Below, one piece after another: positions 57,228-64,000 of a stretch of 64,000 nt of DNA (its first letter is position 1; every line of letters begins with the position of its first letter). Position numbers and translations under genes: made by a program. This stretch comes from Polyangiales bacterium (GTDB taxonomy: Bacteria; Myxococcota_A; Polyangia; Polyangiales; Houyiibacteriaceae). Below the pieces are notes generated by a model. That model saw only the letters and a program-made list of their open reading frames with translations. It made no database searches and was not told where the DNA came from. The stretch lies in assembly GCA_965227405.1 (NCBI GenBank), contig OZ245758.1:3124338-3188337 (forward strand), written 5' to 3'.

Positions 57228-58775
57228 ATGAGCAAGGTCTCGCGCATTGGTGCCTACGACATCGTTGCGAAGCTCGGCAGCGGTGGGATGGCCGATGTGT
57301 ACCTCGGCACGAAAACCGGCGCCGCGGGATTTAGTCGACCGGTTGTCGTGAAACGTATTCGAGACTCGCTGCGCGGCAAGACCGACGTTCAGCAAATGTT
57401 TATCGACGAAGCGCGGCTTTCGTCACGCATCCAGCATCCCAACGTGGTGGGAGTGGAAGAGCTCGGTGAAGAAGACGGCTGCTTCTTCATGGTCATGGAG
57501 TACGTGCACGGCGTTGAGCTCGCAGCACTCTTGCGCGACCTGGCGCAGATACGACGCCAGCTGACTCCGGATGCAGCGGTGGCGATTGCCTGTGCCGTTG
57601 CGGATGGACTGCACGCAGCGCACGAAGCTCGAGACGCGCAAGGCCGAGCGCTTGGGGTCGTGCACCGCGACGTGAGCCCGCAGAACATCATCTTGTCGGC
57701 GAACGGCGGCGTGAAGGTGATCGACTTTGGCGTCGCGAAAGCCGCGTATCGTCTGCACCGTACCGAAGGTCACAAGATCAAGGGCAAGCTGCGCTACATG
57801 AGCCCAGAGCAGATCAACGGCGAGGTCGATCGTCGTAGCGATCTCTTCGCGCTGGGCGTCGTGTTGTGGGAGTGCTTGACGAACCGGCGCCTGTTTAGCG
57901 AGTCGGACGACATGGTGGTGCTCAAGCGCATCCAAGAAGGCGACATTCCACCGCCCAGTCAGTTTGCGAAGACCACTCGCGAGTTGGACTCGGTCGTCAT
58001 GCAGACACTCGCCGTGAATCCCGATATCCGGCCGCCGACTGGCCGCAAACTTCGGCAGATGCTGCAGCGAGCGGTTCCAAGCGCTCAAGAGTTTGATGAC
58101 GCTGCGTGCGCCGCACTTCTGATGGCAACGCTGGGAGGCGAACTCGAGGACCAGGCGCGTCGGCTCATGGTTCCGGTGCAGATGGCGCTCAACACGCAAG
58201 AGCTCACCACCGAACCCGCCCAAGCGTTGCAGCGATTCACGATGGAGTGGGTGGAAGCTCCGCGACACGTGGTGAGCACGCCGAACGTCTTCATGGAGCC
58301 TGTGGCGCAAGAGTCGGCGCGGCCGATGAACGCGCCGGCATCTGCTCCGAAGCGACCTTCGCATTGGTTGATCGGAGCGATCGCGGGCTTGGCGGTGTTT
58401 CTGGGCATCGCGGGTGCGGGACTCTTCTTTATGGCGCGCGAAGAACCGGCAGAATCTACATCGGATGCTGTGACCGTGATCGCGCCACCTGCTCAGCCTT
58501 TGGCGCAGCCGGTTCAGGCCACGGCCGATCCCACTCCGGAGCCCGCTGCGGATCCTTCAGAGCCTGTCGAGCCCATCGAGGAAACCGATAACGAAGCGGA
58601 CGCAGGGACGGAAGCGGAGCCACGACGATCTTCGAGACGCACGCCGCGAAACCGGATGCGCGAAAATCCGGCGGCATCGACCGCAGAGCCATCGTCCTCC
58701 GCGGACTCAGACATGTCTGATGATCGGGGCTTTCGGTTGATCGAAACCGAAGACCCTTTTCAAGACGAGTTCTAG
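57228..58775 (+). CDS. Hanks-type Ser/Thr protein kinase with C-terminal TM and acidic tail
   Basis: KLGSGGMADVYLG, VVVKRI, HRDVSPQNIIL, DFGVAKA, SPEQ. TM WLIGAIAGLAVFLGIAGAGLFF. Confidence 0.9.
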   Translation: MSKVSRIGAYDIVAKLGSGGMADVYLGTKTGAAGFSRPVVVKRIRDSLRGKTDVQQMFIDEARLSSRIQHPNVVGVEELGEEDGCFFMVMEYVHGVELAALLRDLAQIRRQLTPDAAVAIACAVADGLHAAHEARDAQGRALGVVHRDVSPQNIILSANGGVKVIDFGVAKAAYRLHRTEGHKIKGKLRYMSPEQINGEVDRRSDLFALGVVLWECLTNRRLFSESDDMVVLKRIQEGDIPPPSQFAKTTRELDSVVMQTLAVNPDIRPPTGRKLRQMLQRAVPSAQEFDDAACAALLMATLGGELEDQARRLMVPVQMALNTQELTTEPAQALQRFTMEWVEAPRHVVSTPNVFMEPVAQESARPMNAPASAPKRPSHWLIGAIAGLAVFLGIAGAGLFFMAREEPAESTSDAVTVIAPPAQPLAQPVQATADPTPEPAADPSEPVEPIEETDNEADAGTEAEPRRSSRRTPRNRMRENPAASTAEPSSSADSDMSDDRGFRLIETEDPFQDEF

Positions 58776-58779
58776 AGTA

Positions 58780-59037
58780 CTAGTGGCCGAGTCGGTCGCA
58801 GGCGGCTTGGCTGCCGGCGTAGCAAGCTTCCTCAAGCTGAGGGCGTTCCATCGCGTCGAGTTCAGCGCGCGTGAACGAGGGCGGCGTGTCGTCCTCTTCC
58901 TCGAGTTCCTCTTCTTCGTCTTCGATCTCGGTTTCGGCCTCTGCTGGCGTCTCCGTTGGAGGTTCAACGGGAGCGGCTTCTTCCGGTTCTCCGCCGCATC
59001 CGAGAAGGGCGGCGATGACGACAGCACGCAACAACAT
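58780..59037 (-). CDS. Small acidic lipoprotein, hypothetical
   Basis: Internal start MLLRAVVIAALLGCGGEPEE (lipobox). Glu-rich. Confidence 0.4.
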   Translation of the reverse strand: MLLRAVVIAALLGCGGEPEEAAPVEPPTETPAEAETEIEDEEEELEEEDDTPPSFTRAELDAMERPQLEEACYAGSQAACDRLGH

Positions 59038-59082
59038 GGTCAATGAATAGCAGCATTTGGAGAGCGTCGATATGCTTGGACC

Positions 59083-59382
59083 ATGCGTTTCCTCGTCCCG
59101 ATCGTTGTGCTCGCGTTGCCCTTGGTGGTTCTTGCTGCGGATCAGACCGAAGTGCCGAGTTGTGTGGAGGTGACGAAAGAAGCGCCCTACCAGGCGTACG
59201 GTCACACCCACATCGTGGTGATCCGAAACGGGTGCGACGAAGCGGTGCAGTGCCGTGTGGCGACGAACGTGGATCCGGAAGAGCAGCGGGTCACGGTGCA
59301 GGCCGGCGAGACCTCGCGAACGGCAACACGGAGGGGAAGCCCGTCGCGAGAGTTCGACGCGAGGGTGAGCTGTACGGAGTAG
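59083..59382 (+). CDS. Small secreted protein, hypothetical
   Basis: MRFLVPIVVLALPLVVLAADQ signal. 4 Cys. Confidence 0.4.
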   Translation: MRFLVPIVVLALPLVVLAADQTEVPSCVEVTKEAPYQAYGHTHIVVIRNGCDEAVQCRVATNVDPEEQRVTVQAGETSRTATRRGSPSREFDARVSCTE

Positions 59383-59563
59383 GTCGCTCTATTTTTTAGT
59401 GGAAGTTTCGAAGGCGCAAGACTCAAGGTGAGCTGTCATTTTCATGGGTACCTCGGAGTCGCGACACCCAGATTTAATTTCGGTCTACCGCGCTCTCTTT
59501 CGTCTGGGCCTCCCTCGACTTCGAATCTTCCACAAAATTAATGAATAGAGCGTAAACCCACAC

Positions 59564-60382
59564 TTACACGACAAGGTCAGCCATCACGCCAAAGTGATCG
59601 CTGCAATACACGCCGTCCTCCGGCTGATCAAAACACAGCCGCACTTCGGTGGGTCGTCCGCGACCCTTCTCGTCGGGACCGCGCACAAAGATGTAGTCCA
59701 GTCGACGCGGCGGTTCGTGCACCAACGCTGCGAAGGGATTGCGCGTTCCGTCAAACGTCGCCGAACGCTCCTGCGTCGTGTAGTCCCACATGTCTTGAAA
59801 GCGAATCGTGCGCTCTCGGCCTAGGTTGGTGTAGCCGCCCAAGTATCGAATCTCGTCGCTCTGTGGTTCCGCGTTCAGATCGCCCATCAAGATGGGTGGG
59901 TAGCGACCATCGACGGGTGCACGCTTCATGATCTGATCGACGATGAACAAAATCTGCTTCTGACGAATCCAGCCTTCATGCAGCTTCCAGTTGAGATGTG
60001 TGACAAACACATCCACAGGACCAAAGGGAGCATCGACGACGGCATGCAGAAGGCTGCGCTTCTGGTCGCTCTCATCCGCGCCCGGAAGCTCCATGCTTTC
60101 GTGTCGGAGAATCGGCCATCGACTCAGCACCGCGTTGCCGAAGTAGAGCTTGTTGTCCTTGCCCCAACTCGAAGTCACGTTGTGCGCGGCGGAATACACG
60201 CGATGCAGGTTGCCGCGTAGCTCGTCGGCTTGGTTCATCACCAGATCGCCACGCCGCAGTTCGAGAACTTCTTGAAGCCCGATTATGTCGGCGTCCAAGC
60301 GTCCCATCTCGTGCACGATCAGCTTGGTGCGCGCGGCCCACGGCCCGCTTTTGTTCCAGATGTTGAGGGTCGCGACCTTCAT
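59564..60382 (-). CDS. Endonuclease/exonuclease/phosphatase (EEP) family protein
   Basis: MKVATLNIWN...IIGLQEV...GDLNAEP...SDHFGVMADL EEP motifs. Confidence 0.7.
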   Translation of the reverse strand: MKVATLNIWNKSGPWAARTKLIVHEMGRLDADIIGLQEVLELRRGDLVMNQADELRGNLHRVYSAAHNVTSSWGKDNKLYFGNAVLSRWPILRHESMELPGADESDQKRSLLHAVVDAPFGPVDVFVTHLNWKLHEGWIRQKQILFIVDQIMKRAPVDGRYPPILMGDLNAEPQSDEIRYLGGYTNLGRERTIRFQDMWDYTTQERSATFDGTRNPFAALVHEPPRRLDYIFVRGPDEKGRGRPTEVRLCFDQPEDGVYCSDHFGVMADLVV

Positions 60383-61287
60383 CGCGCGCTCGCGTTGAGA
60401 CCCCAGTCGTACCGGTCGTACACCCACGGTCGGTCACTCGCGAAGGCCTGGCGCAGCTGGCTGTTCAGCTCCTGGTCCGCGTGCTCGAGCAGAAACTTTC
60501 GAATCCCTGTCGCACCGCCCCAATCCACGGCGTAGTAGCGAAAGATCATGGGCAGACGGACCTCTTTCGGAAGCACTCGTACGTCGGTGTTGACGTAGTT
60601 CGCGCTGGCCATACGCAACTGGTCGTCGAGCTTGTCGGGATCGTAGAACGCAACCGGTGGGCAACTGGTCGACGCGCACACCAACGCCATGTGAATGCGT
60701 GGGTCGATCAAGGACGGTGAGTACGCGTGCGCTGGCGAGTCGTCCGCAAGCGTTGGCCGACGCGTGGCAGGGTGACCCGCGTTGCGACGCAATACTCCGT
60801 TTTCCATCTCGTCCAACGAGAGCACCACGTCGCCGACTTGATAGGACACGCGCCCGAAGAACGAGGGTACTTCCATGACCGACTCGTCGATCTGAAACGC
60901 GAGCACACCGTGAATCGAAAGCACGTTGTAGAGGTTCACAAAGAACGCGATGCGATCGTCGTCGGTGGGTAGGTCTTCCGGTGTGACGTGACGCAATGCC
61001 GGAGCGAGCTGAATGACCTCTTCAAACGACTTGGTCGCTCGGAGTCTTCGGTAGTCGACCTTGCCCTTGTCATCGACATGGCCACGGAGCGTGTTTGTCG
61101 CCAGTTTGAGGGCCGCAACCAGCTCGCCCGCATCCATGCGCTTCGCTTCGCCCTCCTCGTTAAGCACGACCTTCGCCCCTAAACGCGGGATGACCGCGCG
61201 GACGATTTCGCCGACGTTTCGTGCCCTTCGGAAGATGTCGTAGACGTCGCGTGCACCATCGCGAACGTCGCTCCAGCGACCCACCAA
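60379..61287 (-). CDS. DUF547-family protein
   Basis: ...RIAFFVNLYNVLSIHGV...HMALVCASTSCPPV... matches DUF547 conserved blocks. ATGA overlap with the EEP gene. Confidence 0.55.
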   Translation of the reverse strand: MVGRWSDVRDGARDVYDIFRRARNVGEIVRAVIPRLGAKVVLNEEGEAKRMDAGELVAALKLATNTLRGHVDDKGKVDYRRLRATKSFEEVIQLAPALRHVTPEDLPTDDDRIAFFVNLYNVLSIHGVLAFQIDESVMEVPSFFGRVSYQVGDVVLSLDEMENGVLRRNAGHPATRRPTLADDSPAHAYSPSLIDPRIHMALVCASTSCPPVAFYDPDKLDDQLRMASANYVNTDVRVLPKEVRLPMIFRYYAVDWGGATGIRKFLLEHADQELNSQLRQAFASDRPWVYDRYDWGLNASAR

Positions 61288-61314
61288 ATCATCCTCTCAG
61301 GCTATAACCGGCAC

Positions 61315-62457
61315 ATGCAAGAGCTTCACGAGGCCGACACGCTTGCCGCCGCACTGAACCAAGGGACGTTGGAAAACGTTGCGGTTCAATCCATCGACCT
61401 CCAGCCCTTCGCGGACAAACTCGGCAACGTTTCCGTGGCGGGAACGATCTTCATGGGTTGTTCGCTCTCAGCCGAGCTCTCCAGTTCGTTGATGGCGCGA
61501 GGCGCATTGGTCTTTCCAGAACTTCCCGACGTTCCGTACACGACGTATCCCGCTTCGCTCTACACGGTCGACGCGTTGTTCGACGGCTTCGACGTCAACG
61601 ACCCTTGCACCTACTGCCACACGCCCGACGCGAAGATCTACGCGCACTGGAAGAAGACCGGCGGTGCGGCGGCGTCGACCATTCACGAAACGCTTGCACG
61701 TCGACTTCACGATCATGCGATCACCGACTCGCTCGACGAGTTGGTGCACGGTCAAAAAGTCGTCGCGATCATGGGCGGACATTCGATGTCGCGTGCTTCC
61801 GATTCGTATCGCGCGGTAGCGAGCATGAGTGCGGAGTTAGCGCGTCGCGGATACCTGATGGCCAGCGGTGGTGGTCCAGGTGCCATGGAAGCAACGCACC
61901 TTGGGGTGTACTTCGCCGACCAAGATGGTTTGGAAGATGCGATTGCAATCCTTGCCGAAGCCCCCAAGTACAACCATCGCGATTGGCTTTCTGCAGCGTT
62001 TCGAGTGCGTGAGCGCTTTCCGAATCCCAAGCCGCGAACCAGCGTTGGCATTCCGACTTGGTTCTACGGACACGAGCCACCGAACGCGTTTGCCTCTCAC
62101 GTGGCCAAGTACTTTGCGAACAGCGTGCGCGAAGAAGGTTTGGTCACGATCGCCACACACGGGATCCTCTTTGCACCCGGTAAGGCAGGGACGGTGCAGG
62201 AGATCTTCCAGGATGCAGCACAGAACCACTACGGCACCGTGCAGAGCATGATCAGTCCGATGGCGCTCTATGGGGTGGACTACTGGACCAAGAAGTACCC
62301 CGTCAAAGCGCTGCTTGATCGCTTGTCCGAAGGACGTGACTACGCCGACATGATGACGATCGACGACGACCCCGATCGTTTGGTTCAGTTCATCGTCGAC
62401 CACCCACCGCGTGAAGTGCAGATGGGCTGGTCGTACTGCGAGGAGTTTTGCTCGTGA
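61315..62457 (+). CDS. LOG/TIGR00730-family Rossmann-fold nucleotide-binding protein with N-terminal extension
   Basis: VAIMGGHSMSRAS...ELARRGYLMASGGGPGAMEATHLG matches the LOG signature GGGxGxMEA. Confidence 0.6.
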   Translation: MQELHEADTLAAALNQGTLENVAVQSIDLQPFADKLGNVSVAGTIFMGCSLSAELSSSLMARGALVFPELPDVPYTTYPASLYTVDALFDGFDVNDPCTYCHTPDAKIYAHWKKTGGAAASTIHETLARRLHDHAITDSLDELVHGQKVVAIMGGHSMSRASDSYRAVASMSAELARRGYLMASGGGPGAMEATHLGVYFADQDGLEDAIAILAEAPKYNHRDWLSAAFRVRERFPNPKPRTSVGIPTWFYGHEPPNAFASHVAKYFANSVREEGLVTIATHGILFAPGKAGTVQEIFQDAAQNHYGTVQSMISPMALYGVDYWTKKYPVKALLDRLSEGRDYADMMTIDDDPDRLVQFIVDHPPREVQMGWSYCEEFCS

Positions 62458-63611
62458 GGTTCGCTTGGGTCTGCATCTTGCTGATCGCGTGTGGGGACGA
62501 CTCCACGCCCGAAGTCGATGCAGCTGTCGACACCGCACAAGATGTGCCGGGGGTCGATGCGCCGATCGATGTCCCCGGTACCGACGTGCCAGCAATGGAC
62601 TCCGCGTTCGACAGCGGCACCGACAGCGGGATGGATGCAGGTATCGAATGCGAGTGCCCCGAACTCCCGGCCGTGTGCGACGGCATCACGTTGGGTCCGG
62701 TGTTCTCGCCCGATGACGCGAACTTTGGACAAGAGTTGATGCAGGCGTTGGCGTGTGCCGATACCAGCGTGCATGCCGCGCTCTACGACGTGAAATGGGA
62801 CTGTTTGGTCGACGCGATGATGCAGCGTTTGGATGCGGACGCGGACCTCGAGATCGATATTGTGACGGACGACGGCACGTGTCCCTTTGATGGATCGACC
62901 TACGACTGTGCGCTCAACGCGTTGGCGAGCCATCCCCGCGTCGAGATTGTGCTGGACGGTCGCCCCGAGCGAATGCGGCACAACTTCATGACGTTCGATT
63001 CGCTTCGCACGTGGACCTCGTCGGCCGATCTGACCGAGCCCTCGTTTTGCGACCAGTTCAATCACTCGTTGGTCGTGGAAGACGCTGAGACGGTGTTTGC
63101 GTTCGAGGATGTGTTCTTTCGCATGTTCTTTGATCGGAACTTTGGGCCGGTACCCATTGAGGATCCCCGTTTTGGCGGCGTGTTTGCGCTGTACTTCAGC
63201 CCGCAAGAACCGGCTGGCGTGGCACCCAACTGGTTCAACGACGTGATTCGCGAAATCGGCGCGGCAACGATTCGCTTGGATTTGATGATGCGGGACTACG
63301 ATCGCTTCGAAATCACCAACGCACTTCTCGAGGCACGCGATCGGGGTGTCACGGTGCGTGTTCTGGTGGGGCTTGGCGCATCGAGTGATCCGGCCGTGCA
63401 GACCCTTCGTGATGCGGGCGTCGAAGTGCGCGCAGCATCGATGGGACACCGCGTGTTGGTGGCCGACGGAGCCACCGTGCTTGCCGGCAGCGTGGATTAC
63501 ACCGCGCGAAGCTGGGATGACTCGGGCACCAGTTTGTGGATTGCCGACGCCGCGGTTGCAGACTCGTTTGTGCGCGAGATGGATCGCATCTGGTCGATCG
63601 TCGCGCCCTAG
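62448..63611 (+). CDS. Lipoprotein with phospholipase D-like (PLD/HKD-fold) domain
   Basis: MLVRFAWVCILLIACGDDS lipobox. HNFMTFD and MGHRVLVADG resemble degenerate HKD-type motifs. Overlaps the upstream gene by 10 bp. Confidence 0.45.
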   Translation: MLVRFAWVCILLIACGDDSTPEVDAAVDTAQDVPGVDAPIDVPGTDVPAMDSAFDSGTDSGMDAGIECECPELPAVCDGITLGPVFSPDDANFGQELMQALACADTSVHAALYDVKWDCLVDAMMQRLDADADLEIDIVTDDGTCPFDGSTYDCALNALASHPRVEIVLDGRPERMRHNFMTFDSLRTWTSSADLTEPSFCDQFNHSLVVEDAETVFAFEDVFFRMFFDRNFGPVPIEDPRFGGVFALYFSPQEPAGVAPNWFNDVIREIGAATIRLDLMMRDYDRFEITNALLEARDRGVTVRVLVGLGASSDPAVQTLRDAGVEVRAASMGHRVLVADGATVLAGSVDYTARSWDDSGTSLWIADAAVADSFVREMDRIWSIVAP

Positions 63612-63624
63612 CTTCTTCAGCCTG

Positions 63625-64000
63625 CTAAGCCGGGATGAGTTCGCGGGTCCGTATGAACCGCTGCTTGAAACGGCGAATGCGACGCAGCTGCTGCGTGTCG
63701 AAGAAGGGCGGACCTTCACCGCGCAGGTAACTCATGATGTTGCCAGGGGTGTCGCTGTGCGGGTTTCCGAAGAAGTGACCCAGTTCATGAGCGAGTACTG
63801 TGGGTCCGGCGATCGACGAGAGAATCACGTAGTGCCGTGGGCTTCCACCGCGACGACTGCGCCAATGCACACCGCGGATGAAGCGACCTTCGATATCGAC
63901 GTCGGCCATGCTCCGAACGACGAAGACGTTGATGACGTCGGGTTGAACCAAGGGGCCGAGTTTGTGGCGGTCGGCGCGAGTCACCAAGTCTTCGGGCCAA
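63625..64000 (-). CDS. Zinc metalloprotease (metzincin-like HExxHxxGxxH), 5' partial at window end
   Basis: VLAHELGHFFGNPHSD motif. ORF continues to the window edge. Confidence 0.5.
   Translation of the reverse strand, partial: WPEDLVTRADRHKLGPLVQPDVINVFVVRSMADVDIEGRFIRGVHWRSRRGGSPRHYVILSSIAGPTVLAHELGHFFGNPHSDTPGNIMSYLRGEGPPFFDTQQLRRIRRFKQRFIRTRELIPA

Noticed and set aside
1-64000. Searched intergenic regions for tRNA/rRNA/tmRNA-like sequence and IS/transposase or integrase ORFs
   Set aside because: No cloverleaf-compatible segments, no rRNA-like stretches, and no transposase/integrase-like translations were seen. Mobile-element signal is limited to the small non-autonomous repeats.

Overview
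High-GC (~65%) bacterial chromosome window with myxobacterial character: many lipoproteins with LxxC lipoboxes, four Hanks-type Ser/Thr kinases, MopE/TSP3-like Asp/Cys metal-binding repeats, an FHA-sigma54 activator, and an ECF sigma/anti-sigma pair. Recognisable housekeeping genes are ppk2, a rimK-like ATP-grasp, rimO, polX, astB, aspS and a GGDEF response regulator. Most of the window is accessory: large secreted paralog pairs, an ECF-sigma-linked lectin operon, and lipoprotein paralogs associated with kinases. The most unusual locus is a translationally coupled radical-SAM/SPASM gene preceded by two paralogous small zinc-ribbon/TM/acidic Cys-containing genes (1381-3396), a candidate undescribed peptide/protein-modification system. 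The window also contains two families of structured intergenic repeats: a ~105-bp palindromic MITE/REP-like element in three copies, and a ~280-bp direct-repeat family with microsatellite cores. No rRNA, tRNA or CRISPR was seen. Boundaries were set by hand from the ORF track and should be treated as approximate, especially start codons.
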